From positions 16,864,001 to 16,928,000 of the forward strand of contig NC_083226.1 in NCBI RefSeq assembly GCF_032191835.1: DNA of 64,000 bases. Reading direction: 5' to 3'. The notes beneath the pieces are model-generated. The model did not search any database. It was not told the origin of the DNA and was given only the letters and a program-made list of their open reading frames with translations. Source of the DNA: Heteronotia binoei. Its lineage: Eukaryota. The position numbers and the translations under genes were made by a program. Positions 47,932-60,672 of this stretch are shown one piece after another (positions within the stretch are counted from its first letter, which is position 1; every line of letters starts with the position of its first letter).

Positions 47932-48032
47932 GCTCTCAATGAAGTAGGGGAGAGCTCTTCTGGCTTCCCGCTTGAGGGTGAGAACATCCAAGATGCGTCT
48001 TTCAACTCCGGATCCATCACTGACGGAAGCAG
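47932..48032 (+). CDS. SPICE1: SPICE1 exon 6
   Basis: ALNEVGESSSGFPLEGENIQDASFNSGSITDGS(R), phase 0 to 2; starts ALN as in human. Confidence 0.8.
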
Positions 48033-50772
48033 GTCTGTGCGTGTGTCCTCTTTTTTGCGTCTGTTGTCTGTTGTATAAATTTGTTGAGAGCCAGTCTGGT
48101 GTGGTGGTTAAGTGTGCGCACTCTTATCTGGGAGAACGGGGTTTGATTCCCCACTCCTTCACTTGCAGCTGCTGGAATGGCCTTGGGTCAGCCATAGCTC
48201 TCGCAGAGTTGTCCTTGAAAGGGCAGCTGCTGTGAGAGCCCTCTCAGCCCCACCTACCTCACAGGGTGTCTGTTGTGGGGGGAGAAGATACAGGCGATTG
48301 GAAGCCGCTCTGAGTCTCTGATTCAGAGAGAAGGGCAGGGTATAAATCTGTAGTCGTCGTCTTCTTGCCAGTGGTTCTGTAATATCTAAATCTGTTATTT
48401 CAGCTCTTCTGAGTTCCTCCTCTGCTCTTTGTCTCATGCTTTGGAATTGCTGCCTGTAAATCCCCACAATGCTACTACAGTTAATACAGTTCTCTGCCTA
48501 AGCTGTGCAGGTTAGAGAGACTGCTTTCTTCCTTGTGAACCTCCCTGCAAATGGAGAGGGACGGTGGCTCAGTGGTAGAGCATCTGCTTGGTAAACAGAA
48601 GGTCCCAGGTTCAATCCCTGGCATCTCCAACTAAAAGGGTTCAGGCAAATAGGTGTGAAAAACCTCACCTTGAGACCCTGGAGAGCCACTGCCAGTCTGA
48701 GTAGACAATACTGGCTTTGATGGACCGAGGGTCTGATTCAGTATAAGGCAGCTTCATATGTTCATATGAGAGATGCAAGTTTCGCTCTGGTGAGAGGTCC
48801 AGTTTTCCTTGATGGTTGAATCTGGAGGCAGGTGGGCTTCATGCTGAGGATCTCTCTTGGGACCGAAGCCCTACAGCCCTTCATATTTGACTGTTAAGAA
48901 ACTTGGACGACCAACAGGAAGAGCTCTACCTGAGACCCTGAAGAGCTGCTGCCAGTCTGAGTAGACCAGTGATCTGATACCATGTGAAGCAGCCTTATGC
49001 CTTCGTGTGCACTTTGTATGGTGGCTGTTCTCGTGGCATCTTTTGTAGTCTAACAGCTTGCTGCTTTTATTTTATTTGTTTGGCTCTTTTTTTATTGCTT
49101 AATAGCATTTCTTAATGCTGTGGTTTGGTGAAGAAAGGTTGAAGGAGCTGGGCATGTTTAGCCTGGAGAGGAGGCAGCTGAGAGGTGAGATATGATCACC
49201 ATCTTCAAGTACTTGAAGAGTTGTCATATAGAGCAGGGGTCTGTCAAGCATCGATATTTCTCAATAATCAGTCTTTTGTTATTGAATCAAAAGTGGCTTT
49301 ATTGTTGAAGCTCCATAGCTTTGCCAAGGACAGGATCCTTGGAAGTAATGACGTATACAGATGCGAATAGTTACTTTATAGGATAGCTTCAAAGGATAAC
49401 ATACAGATGCAATTTGAGTCACGGGTTCAAAGGCTACTACATCCTATCTCTTTTATTGCTAAGGAATGCAAGCTAATAAAAACATCTCCCTTTCTCACAC
49501 TTTCTCTGAGAGCAGATAAGACCTGGCTGTGTGAATCTGGGGGAGAGGCACGTTGCACCGTTACAAGCAAGGCTAACCTAAACGTCCTTGGGCCAGATGG
49601 ATTTATGATGCACCCTTCGGTTGTAAAGGAGGGGGAAGCAGACTAAGGTGTTGTTCTGCTGTGTGTCTTGTGGACTATCATGGCACACAGAAATATGCAT
49701 GCTTGACAGGGTCCTCAACCCCCGGGCCATGGCCTGGTACCGGTCCGTGGCCTGTTAGCAACTGGGCTGTGAGTTGTATAATTATTTCATTTTATATTAC
49801 AATGGAGGAGGAGGAGGAAAAAAAGACCGCAGATTTATATCCTGCTCTTCTCTCTGAATCAGAGTCTCAGAGCGGCTTACAATATCCTTTGTCCCCTTCC
49901 CCCACAACAGACATCCTGTGAGGTGGGTGGGGCTGAGAGAGCTCTCCACAGAAGCTGGCCTTTCCAGGGCAATCTCTGCCGGAGCTATGGCTAATCCAAG
50001 GCCATTCCAGCAGCTGCAAGTGGAGGAGTGGGAAATCAAACCCGGTTCTCCCAAATAAGAGTGCACGCTTAACCACAACACCAAACTAGTAAAAATAAAG
50101 TGCACGATGGTATCATCCCAAAATCATCCCCTCTATCTGTGGAAAAATTGTCTTCCACAAAACTGATTCATGGTGCCAATAAGGTTGGGGACAGCTGATA
50201 TAGAGAGTGGTGTGGAATTGTTTTCTGTGGGCCCAGAAGGTAGGACCAGAACCAATGGGTTGAAATTAAATCAAAAGAGTTTCTGGTTCAACATTAGGAA
50301 GAACTTCGTGACTGTTAGAGCGGTTTCTCAGTGGGACAGGCTTCTTCAGGAGGTGGTGGGCTCTCCTTCCTTGGAGGTTTTTAAGCAGAAGTTAGAAGGC
50401 CATCTGACAGCACTGCTGTGAATTTAGGGGGAGGTGTTTGTGAGTTTCCTACATTGTGCTGGGGGTTGGACTAGATGACCTTGGAGGTCTCTTCTGATTC
50501 TAGGATTATAACTGTGCACCTAGTTTTGGTGCTTTTAACATTTTGGATGACTTTGGACAGAGCAGGCCTGCAGTAAATTCCATTTGTTCTAACACAAGTC
50601 TGTTGCCCGACGCGCCTGTTTGGTGCAGAGCTATTTGTACGGCAAAAGCCGTTGCGTAACTTTTGGGAGTTAGAAAGGGTTTGTTGAAACGGGTATCTAT
50701 AGGAAATAGCGCCTTCCCCACTCGACGACTCATCCTCCTATATTCACTCCGCATCTTTATCCTTGTACATAG

Positions 50773-50915
50773 GGCGTCCCACCTTCCGAAAGAGAAGGGC
50801 TCCCTGGCCAGTTGCCACGGAAAGGCTATTAAACAGCGAGCAGACGCCACCTCGACGCAGGAAGCAAATGCGCTTGCGACTCCAGCAGCAGACCATCCGT
50901 CGCTGGACTGTACAG
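50773..50915 (+). CDS. SPICE1: SPICE1 exon 7 (diverged)
   Basis: Phase 2 to 1 bridges exons 6 and 8; ASHLPKEKGSLASCHGKAIKQRADATSTQEANALATPAADHPSLDCT; weak donor gttcac. Confidence 0.65.
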
Positions 50916-52066
50916 GTTCACTTTAGTTCTGTTACCTTGAACCTTCCTCCATCTGCAAGAAAGTGTGCAAGGGTTAATGGATCTAGGGGAAAGAATGGGC
51001 TGGAGGCTGGGTTGCCAGTCTCCAGATGGCATCTGGAGATATGCGGCTATTATAATTGATCTCCAGGCGATAAAGGTCAGTTCTGGAGAAAATGGCTACT
51101 TTGGAAGATGGACTCTACAGCCTTATGCTCTGCTGAGGCTCCTCCCCTCCCAAGCCCTGCCCTCCCCAAGCTTCCCCAAGGGAAGGAGGGTGGCTCAGTG
51201 GTAGAGCATCTGCTTCGTAAGCAGAAGGTCCCAGGTTCAATCCCCGGCATCTCCAACTCTAAAGGGTCCAGGCAAATAGGCGTGAAAAACCTCCACTTGA
51301 AACCCTGGAGAGCCACTGCCAGTCTGAGAAGACAATACTGACTTTGATGTACCAAAGGTCTGATTCAGTAGAAGGCAGCTTCATATGTCCCATTGGGGAG
51401 AGACGGTGGCTCAGTGGTAGAGCATCTGCTTGGTAAGCAGAAGGTCCCAGGTTCAATCCCCGGCATCTCCAACTCAAAAGGGTCCAGGCAAATAGGCGTG
51501 AAAATCCTCCGCTTGAAACCCTGGAGAGCCGCTGCCAGTCTGAGTAGACAAGACTGACTTTGATGGACCCAGGGCCTGATTCAGTAGAAGGCAGCTTCAT
51601 AGGTTCACTCCCTAGAACCTCCAGATCACGTTGGGGGGCCAAACTCAATGTAAGAGCCACATAGAATAAGCATCAGATATTTGAGAGCTGCAAAGCCTGA
51701 ACGTCAGACATTTGAGAGCAGAAAGGAAGATGGGGGCGGGAGGGAGAGGTGGACAGAAAGCAACTTTAACTCTAAATGCATTCTCCAAGCTGTTGGCTTG
51801 GCTTGGAGAAGCGATTTAAGGAGACAGATGCCTTCTCCATAGTGGGGAGTTTGGAGAGCCAGTTTGAAAGATTTCATGTGGCTCCCAAGCCACAGTTTGG
51901 CCACCCTGGCTGGTATTTCCCCACCGGAGCTGGCAACCCTAACTGGAGGTTATAACTAAACTAACGCGATCAAAGCAGTTAGCATCTCCCTTCCCGCCCC
52001 CATGACACGCTGGAGCGTTTTAGCCTTCCAACCGAGCTCTCTTGCATCGTTTTGAAAAACCTCTAG

Positions 52067-52201
52067 CCCTTAATGCCACCAACGCTGTGAGGAGAGTCCA
52101 CTCAAGACTCGAGAACGAGGAGCAGATTGCTGACATCACGTACATAGTGCAGCAGGTCCTGAGTGCCAGCCTGAAGAAGCAGAAGCAGATTTCAGCCAAA
52201 G
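52067..52201 (+). CDS. SPICE1: SPICE1 exon 8
   Basis: ALNATNAVRRVHSRLENEEQ...KKQKQISAK vs human ALNATNAVKRLQTRLQPEE. Confidence 0.93.
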
Positions 52202-53217
52202 GTAGCGTGCTCATAAGACGGCCCCTCCTTCCTCTCAGCTAACCCGGGTTTCTGAAAGCATCTGTGCCTTCTCCCATAAGAGAAGCCATGTCGGATCAGG
52301 CCAGTGGCCCCTCCAGTCCAGCACTCTGTGCCACACAGTGGCCAAAAAACCCAGGTGCCATCAGGAGGTCCATCAGTGGGGCCACGACACTAGAAGCCCT
52401 CCCAATATTGACCCTCCCAGGCACCAAGAATACAGAGCGTCACGTGCCCCAGACAGCGTTCCATCTGTACCTTGTGGCTCATAACCACTGACGGACCTCT
52501 GCTCCATGTGTTTATCCAATCCCCTCCTGAAGCCGTCTGTGCTTGTTTGCGCCACCACTTCCTTCCGCAGTGAATTCCATGTGTGAATTACTCTTTGGGT
52601 GAAGAAGGACTTCCTTTTATCTGTTCTAATGCGGCATCTGCTTAGTGGCCCTGGTCCCGTAGCCTGGCGCAGTGATGGGCGCTCAATCAGCGCATTGAAA
52701 AGCAGTGAATTAGCTTTGTCGTGTTTCTGAAGAATAGTGTTTGCAAAGTCACCTGTTGGCATCATAAAAACTTTGCTTCAGCAGCAAGGCTTTCCAAGGG
52801 CTGCAGCAGCCCTTAACTCCTGCCGGTCCCGGTTGTTCCATGGGTGGGCCGGTTTGTTTAAATTGCCACCTCTTGCCCTTTTCCCAAGTTTGGGGTTTTG
52901 AAGGAATAAATTTTGGACTCTTCTTCCACGATCTTGATGCGTTCCGGTTCAGAAGCCCGGGAAGGAAAACTAAACATTTATCTTTTTTCTGTTTCTTCTC
53001 AGATTTCGAGAACATTTTTTCTGTTTCTTCTCAGATTTTGAGAACATTTCGATAGCATCGTTAACATTCGATAAAGATGCTATGTCAGAGGTGCTTGACA
53101 CCGCACAAAATAGCAAAAATTTGTACAAAAAAGTATGGCACATGTTGGTATTGCATGCTATCAAATGCAAACATTTTCATACATCAAAGATTTCAGGTTT
53201 TCACGGCTGGCAACATC

Positions 53218-53592
53218 ATTAGGGTTTGTAGAATCTTTCGGTATCAAGTGCCGTGTTTTACTGGAGAAAGTTTTCCTTCCAGATGTTTCGTTCTCGGCTG
53301 CGGAGAACATCCTCAGTGGCGTTGCAGCCGGAGCAGGCGCTCTGACCTTCTTGGCTGCTGTGCATTGAGTGAGGCCAGGGCTGCTGGAGAGCTAGAAATT
53401 CCAGCCTAGAAATAGCAGCTCTCCAGCAGCCCTGGCCTCACTCAATGCACAGCAGCCAAGAAGGTCAGAGCGCCTGCTCGGGCTGCAACGCCACTGAGGA
53501 TGTTCTCCGCAGCTGAGAACGAAACGTCTGGAAGGAAAACTTTCTCCAGTAGAACACGGCACTTGATCCCGAAAGATTCTACAAACCCTAAT
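53218..53592. repeat. 176-bp-arm inverted repeat (fold-back MITE)
   Basis: Arms 53218-53393 and 53417-53592; 5 mismatches counted; 23-nt loop. Confidence 0.95.
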
Positions 53593-53984
53593 TTTCATAC
53601 ATGGTGAACATGCGGTTGGGCTGAAAATACCAGTTATTGGGTGTAGAGATTATGAAATGCCGATGAGGTATAGATTTCCCCTATTCCTCCAAGTTTGTTT
53701 TGTTAACCTCTATGCCTTTGTTTCTAAAATAATTTCAAACTATGATAACAGCAACTAGAATCCGTTTCATGAGATAGGGGAAGTCAGATAACATTCCACG
53801 AATAGAAGAATGGATCGTGAAATGTAAAGGAAACCTTTTTGGTAATCAAGCTGACCTTAAAAAGTGGGGAGGATATATTTCAACTGAATAGTTTGGCAAA
53901 CCTTTTCCCCGCCCCAGTTGCTCAACTGGTATGATTAAATGTAAATGTATTAATCGTACTGCTACAGCACCAACCCCAAATCAG

Positions 53985-54115
53985 ACTTTTCCTTGCAGCC
54001 ACTGTGGCCGGACCTGCCTGTCCCGCATTGGTCTTGTCAGCCACCAGCGAGCCTGCAGCAGACGTGGACTACTGCACCCTTCTTAAATCTTCGTTCGCGA
54101 AATCAAGCCGAGAGA
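53985..54115 (+). mobile_element. RTE-clade LINE 3' end
   Basis: FPCSHCGRTCLSRIGLVSHQRAC zinc-finger-like terminus. Confidence 0.75.
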
Positions 54116-54614
54116 TTTATAATTAAGTAATTAATTAAGCAAATATACATAATCAGGGCTTTTTTTTACAGCAGGAAGGCCTTTGCATATTAGGCCACAC
54201 ACCCCTGATGTAGCCAGTCCTCCTGGACTTTACAGTGGGCCCTGTACTAAGAGCCCTGCAAGCTCCAGGATTGGCTACATCAGGGGGTGTGGCCTAATAT
54301 GCAAAGGAGCTCCTGCTATACAAAAAAAAGCCCTGCTTATGATTAATAAAGATTTCAGTCAAATGTTATTTCAGATGTTTCTGGTGATTTATATTTTAAT
54401 TTCTTATGTTATCTTAATTGATAAAGTACTGTTAAAAAAAAGAGAGATAAAGCACTCCTGACTGCATGATTGTTTTTAATTGTGTTGCGGTTTTACTCAA
54501 AAGCTGCCTCGAGCAAGACTCTGGCGAGGCGGCGACAAAGTTTTCGAGTCCTTTATTAAATAGAGCCCTGACTTGTGCAGCGCTGATGAGGATAAAAACG
54601 TTTCCTCCCTCCAG

Positions 54615-54868
54615 TGAAGAAAACTCCCACCGCGCTGACGCCAGCCAGACAGAAGAAGGCTCGCTTGAACTCCGCCCCCATTCCGAGCGGCCGCGTGTCC
54701 AGCCTCGATGTCTTGAACCAGATGATGCGTGACGTGGAGCAGGAAATGGACGACTACGAGCGGTGGACGGGGCAGGAGGTCCAGCAAGCGCCCAGCAGCC
54801 ACGGGCTCTCTGGATTTACTTACTCGCTGGTGAACGCTCTGTGTCGGGTGATGCGCTTTTTGAAAGAG
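54615..54868 (+). CDS. SPICE1: SPICE1 exon 9
   Basis: SLDVLNQMMRDVEQEMDDYERWTGQEV...GLSGFTYSLVNALCRVMRFLKE vs human [26 protein letters not shown]. Confidence 0.96.
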
Positions 54869-56492
54869 GTGGGAAAGCTGCGGGCGACCGCAATGACAAC
54901 TTGTGCGGCTTTGACAGCCGTTGTGCCTTAGCACTATGCTTGTTCGGGGGTGTTGTCTCCTATCAGGAGAGGCCTCGAATTGGGAGACTTTTAAATATGT
55001 GTTCACAAGATTAACGATCAAATACAGGCTTGTCTTTTCCCCCCACCCCGCCAATCAAGTTGGAGCCAACTTATGGCAACCCTATAGGGGGGTGTCAAAC
55101 ATGCGGCCCAGGGTCTGAATCAAGCCCCTCCCCCCCGGAGGGCCCCTATCAGGCCCCCGAGCAACTGGCTCTAGTCTGCTTCCTTCTCCCTCTCTCTTGC
55201 TTCCTTCTGCATCTCAGCTTGCTTTGCCAGGCTTGCTCAACCGCACAGGAGTTACAGAGCAAAATCTCAATTTTCTCCATTGGTTGAGGCTCCTCCCCCT
55301 CCAGGTCCCCTGGGGAGGGAGGGAAAGAGCCAGAGCTTCCTTTGCCCAGTTCCCTGGATCCCCTGGGAGAGATACGAAGAAAGCACCTTTAAGACAAACA
55401 ACCGCTAATGTTTTAAGCGTGTTTTATTTAAAGTTTTTTTTTTTAAAAAAAATCTTGAGTCGTGTTTGTCTGTGTCTTTTAAAAAGTTTATATCTCTGTT
55501 GCCTAATCTTAAATAGATACACACGTGGCCCAACCCGACGTAGTCCAGCCCAACTAGGTCTCATTTATGTCAGATCTGGCCCTCAAAACAAATGAGTTTG
55601 ACACCCCTGCTATAGGGTTTTCAAGGTAAGAGAGGAGCAGAGGTAGTTTGCTGTTGCCTCTCTCTGCAGAGCAACCCTGGGCTTCCTTGATGGGCTCCCA
55701 TCCAAGCAATAACCCAGAGTGACCCCACTTAGCCAGTTTGGTGTAGTGGTTAAGCATGCGGACTCTTATCTGGGAGAACCGGGTTTGATTCCCCACTCCT
55801 CCACTTGCACCTGCTGGAATGGCCTTGAGTCAGCCGTAGCTCTGACAGAGGTTGTCCTTGAAAGGGCAGCTGCTGAGAGAGCCCTCCCACCTCACAGGGT
55901 GTCTGTTGTGGGGGAGGAAAGTAAAGGAGATAGTGAGCCACTCTGAGACTCTTCGGAGTGGAAGGCGGGATATAAATCCAATATCTTCTTCTTCTTCTGA
56001 GATCACGCTAGCCTGGATTCTCCAGGTCAGGGCCTTGTCCTTTTGGGTACTTAGAGTCCCGTCTCAGAACGTCAGTTTGCAGTGTGTGCAGTTTTTATAA
56101 CTGGACGGTCTGGGGCCAGCAACACACCTTAGGGCAGCTCCTCCATCCATCATCCATTTTTTTCCAAGTCTCTGGATGCTTCGTTGCCCTCTGGGCCATC
56201 CTTCAGGAATGTGTGATGAACGGATCAGGGTTTTCCCGGTAGCGGCATCCACATTGTCGAGTAATATACGCTTTCCGTTTCCCGTTATTTGCTGTGTCGG
56301 TCAAAGGGGTGACTATTTGAAAGCATTTCCAGGTGGCTGCGATGTGTGAGGAGAACTGGATGTGATCCTCCTTGTCCCTCCTCCACCATCAGCTTCAGAA
56401 CACTCCGTGTTCTCTTTCCTCCTTAACTACTGGAAGGTTTTGAGTCCCCAGCCAAGATGCAGGAGGGCAGGCTGCCACCTCCAGCTCTGAAA

Positions 56493-57205
56493 AACAATGC
56501 AAAAGAACAGTGGCAGCACAATATGTAAAATACAAAATATTGTGCAAAAACAAACCCTCTTGACTAGTGTATACAAAATTCTATCGACATGAAATGAACA
56601 GCCTACAACAGTGGGCATGCATTCATACAGTATAAATAGAAGACAAACAAAAGTCTCAAAACAATATTCCAGGGAGGACCCCACACAGTCTCTTAATTTT
56701 CCAAACAGAGTACTAAGACTCAACAATAAAGTTCCACAGGAGTCCCTCCGTTGCTTGTTGACTTCTGAAGGAAAAATTTTTGCCTTCACGCAAACCCCGG
56801 CTTTGTTTGCGTCCCGCTGCTCCTGCAGCTTCCTCATAAGTCAACTGAAACTTCCAGCCAAGTTCTCTCTCAAATGCCCATTTTGGTATCTTAATTTGCG
56901 GCTTGGGCTCAGTGGAACGCAATCAAAGCCGGGGTTTGCGGGAAGGCTAGAATTTTTCCTTCAGAAGCCAACAAGCAACGGAGGGACTCCTGTGGAACTT
57001 TATTATTGAGTCTTAGTACTCAGTTGGGAAAACTCAGAGACTGTGTGGGGTCCTCCCTGGAATATTATTTTGAGACTTTCGTTTGTCTTCTATTTATACT
57101 GTATGAATGTATTCCCACTGTTGTAGGCTGTTCATTTCATGTCAATAGAATTTTGTATACACTAGTCAAGAGGGTTTGTTTTTGCACAATATTTTGTAAT
57201 TTTGT
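56493..57205. repeat. Inverted repeat with roughly 290-bp arms, flanked by a 16-bp direct repeat
   Basis: Arms about 56530-56819 and 56910-57199; acctccagctctgaaa at 56477-56492 and 57206-57221. Confidence 0.92.
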
Positions 57206-57325
57206 ACCTCCAGCTCTGAAAGCTGACCTCCACTCCAGAGCTTATTGGTAGCGCTAAAACTTTTGCATATGTTTCACAATGCAATTTTTGCTGATGGTCA
57301 CCCTCTGTCGCCCGTACATGCCAAG

Positions 57326-57457
57326 GGCGAGGCAAGACTGCGCCAGGAAGTGCTGAGCAGGCAGCAGCTCGAAGGGGAAGTGAATGAACAGAGAGCGCTC
57401 ATCGACGCCCTGACGGCTGAAATCCTCCTTGTGAGAGAAGAGAATCTCATGTTACAG
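57326..57457 (+). CDS. SPICE1: SPICE1 exon 10
   Basis: GEARLRQEVLSRQQLEGEVNEQRALIDALTAEILLVREENLMLQ. Confidence 0.95.
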
Positions 57458-58598
57458 GTAGGTCAGATGCAACTGTGAAATCCCAGGCTGGGGAATTCAA
57501 TGCCAGCCTATGTTACGGTCTCTTTGTTGAGCAATTTAATATTTTTAGTAGAGGCTGCAGATGTGAATGTCCAGATTTGGGATCTGCAGGTGCAGAGAGG
57601 TCTGTGGCGGAGAGGTGAGCGTGTGACAATTGCCGCTGCCATCTATATGGATTCAGATTCCTGTTGTGACACACAGTATGGTCCTTCTTTACCTGCACCT
57701 CTGGTGTTAAAAAAGGCTTTTCTGATTTGCTCCCATCAGAGCTGTACATTCCAGCTCCAGAATTGGCATGATCTTACCCTGCAAAGACTAGAAAGGGATT
57801 TGAGAGCCATTTTGTCTTTGTGGAGGTACAGTCCATGCCTACGTAGCAGAACAGCATTAAAAACTTATACACAGTTTGGTGTAGTGGTTAAGTGTGTGGA
57901 CTCTTATCTGGAAGAACCAGGTTTGGTTCCCCACTCCTCCACTTGAACCTGCTGGCATGGCCTTGGGTCAGCCATAGCTCTCGTAGGAGTTGTCCTTGAA
58001 AGGGCAGCTATGTGAGAGCCCTCTCAGCCCCACCCACCTCACAGGGTGTCTGTTGTGGGGGAGGAAGGGAAAGGAGATTGTGAGCCGCTCTGAGACTCTT
58101 CGGAGTGGAGGGCGGGATATAAATCCAATATCTTCTCTTCTTCTTCTTCTTCTTGGTACTGGCCTTTAGCTTACAAAATAAGCCACTGATTTTGTAAGAT
58201 TTCTAGAAATAGTATCATCGTCATCGTCATCATATGGCATTGTGTGTGGTGTAGCTAGGAGATCCTAAGATTGTCTGGCAGCCCGAAGTTCTAGCTCTTT
58301 CAGTATTACATACTACTAGATGATGCGCTAGACTTGTTTTTAAGACGAGAGTCCAGCCAAGAAATGTTTCAGAGCCGGTTTGCCATTGCCTCCTTGTGTG
58401 CCACAGCCCTGGTATTCCTTGCACGTTGCCCTTCCAAAATCTAGCCAAGGCTGACCCTGCTTAACTTCTGACAAGATTAGGCTATCCAGGGCTATCCAGG
58501 TCAGAGCTGGAAATAATAAATTATCGGAGACACCATCGGCGCTTTTTGTAGTTGAGTGAATGCTGATCAGCGTCTCTCTTGCTCCTCTCTCCTCCTAG

Positions 58599-58749
58599 AG
58601 CAAACTTCAGCAGTACATGTTTGTCACCGATGAACAGCTGACTTCGCTCACACGCACACTTAAAGGGCTCCCCCCCTCAGAATCTAATGGAACGAGAAGC
58701 CCAGGGGAGACCGGAGGGCTTTCGATCCGGAGTCCAGAGGCTGCTCAGG
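58599..58749 (+). CDS. SPICE1: SPICE1 exon 11
   Basis: SKLQQYMFVTDEQLTSLTRTLKGLPP..., phase 0 to 1. Confidence 0.93.
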
Positions 58750-59118
58750 GTACGAGTCTTATTTCTCTGCATATGAGACAGTTTGGGGAATCGGCCCCAG
58801 AACAGTTTGCAGGCCGTTAGCAGCGGCAGTTGACTTATTTGTCTCTGAAAAGGCTTGGAGAAGCTGTGGGTGCGGTGGGGGGGGGGGCGCAGGATGCAGC
58901 GTCCTTGCTGAAGCAGAGCAGGCGTGGGGGTACTCAGGGTGGGGATCCCTTAATGTGCTGTCAGGGACGAGGCACATCCCTGACAGGCTCTCTTTGCTTG
59001 TTGAGGAAGGAACAGAGTCATGGGGACGGCAGATTTTGGCTGTCTACCAAGATCAACCAAAAAGTATGCATTCTGTCAGAAGCCCATGGGCTGAGAATTA
59101 ATGGGAGTGCAAATAGGG

Positions 59119-59715
59119 AGAGCCAGTTTGGTGTAGTGGTTAAGTGTGCAGACTCTTATCTGGGAGAACCGGCTTTGATTCCCCACTCCTCCACTTGCAG
59201 CTGCTGGCATGGCCTTGGGTTAGCCATAAGCAGTTTGGTGTAGTGGTTAAGTGTGCAGACTCTTATCTGGGAGAACTGGGTTTGATTCCCCACTCCTCCA
59301 CTTGCAGCTGCTGGAATGGCCTTGAGTCAGCCATAGGCAGTTTGGCATAGTGGTGAAGTGTGCGGACTCTTATCTGGGAGAACTGGGTTTGATTCCCCAC
59401 TCCTCCACTTGCAGCTGCTGGAATGGCCTTGGATCAGCCATAGGCAGTTTGGTGTTGTGGTTAAGTGTGTGGACTCTTATCTGGTAGAACCAGCTTTGAT
59501 TCCCCACTCCTCCACTTGCAGCTGCTGGAATGGCCTTGGGTCAGCCACAGCTCTGGTAGGAGTTCTCCTTGAAAGGTCAGCTTCTGGGAGAGCCCTCTCA
59601 GCTCCACCCACCTCACAGGGTGTCTGTTGCAGGGCGGGGGAGGTAAAGGAAGTGAGCCACTCTGGGATTCAGAATGGAGGGCGGGATATAAATCCAAGGT
59701 CGTCATCTTCTTCTC
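59119..59715 (+). mobile_element. Second Squam3-type SINE with four tandem heads
   Basis: Heads at about 59121, 59230, 59337 and 59444, then a single body. Confidence 0.9.
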
Positions 59716-60447
59716 ATAAAAGAGACTTCTGAGTCATCTCCCCGGTCTCCCCACGCACTGACTGTTCTTGAGGGTTGGGGACCTCCCGGGTACAGCATAG
59801 TAAGCAGCTCAAGGGCTGCAGCCGGAAAGGGGATCCACAGAAACTGAGCGCCCCTGCCCAGTGTTCCCTCTAAGCTGAGTGAGCGTGAGCTAGCTCACAG
59901 GTTTTTTTGTCTCAGCTCAGGAGTAATGGCCCCCAAGCACACTTAATTTATGCAGGAGCTCACAACTTTCACGCCGGTAGAATTGCTGCTCACAAGACTC
60001 CGCAGTTTAGGGAGAGAGCATTGCCCCTGCCTCTCCCAGGTACAGCTTCATAGGATCTGGCCCACATTTTAAATCAAGGAGAAGAAGGGTTGGTTTTTAT
60101 ACCTCACTTTTCTCGACCTCATGGAGTCTCAAAGCGGCTTACAACCACCTTCCCTTCCTCTTCCCTCAACAGGCACCGTCTGAGACTGGTGGGGCTGAGA
60201 GAGTACTGGGACTAGCCCAGGGTCACCCAGCAGGCTTCATGGGGGGGGGGAATCAAACCTGCCGCTTTTAACCACTATATCACACTGGCTCTGATGGACT
60301 TGCAATTCATTGTGTTTGTGATTCATCCTTCTCTTTTGACCGGAAGCCCTCTTTGAAATTATGTTGGGCCAAAGACAGATACCTTTGAAGGGGAAAAGAT
60401 GCCAGAGTTCTCACAAAGAGACCTCCCCGTTTTGACCATTCTGACAG

Positions 60448-60672
60448 GAGGCCCTCGTTTAAATTATGTCGGGCCAAAGACCGATACCTTCAGAGGTGAA
60501 AAGATGCCGGAGCCCTCGCAAAGAGATCTTCCCAGTCGAGGCCCAATGATGCCGAATCCTTCAGGCCTCGCAGAAGTTGACCAGGTTTTATCAGCTCCTC
60601 CAATCCAGCCCGCCATCTTGCTTTCTCCGCCTCAGCAAAAGAACAGCCAGACATCGCCGCCTCCTCAGGATG
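60448..60672 (+). CDS. SPICE1: SPICE1 exon 12
   Basis: ctgacag|GA, phase 1 to 1; ends IQPAILLSPPQQKNSQTSPPPQD vs human [23 protein letters not shown]. Confidence 0.85.
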
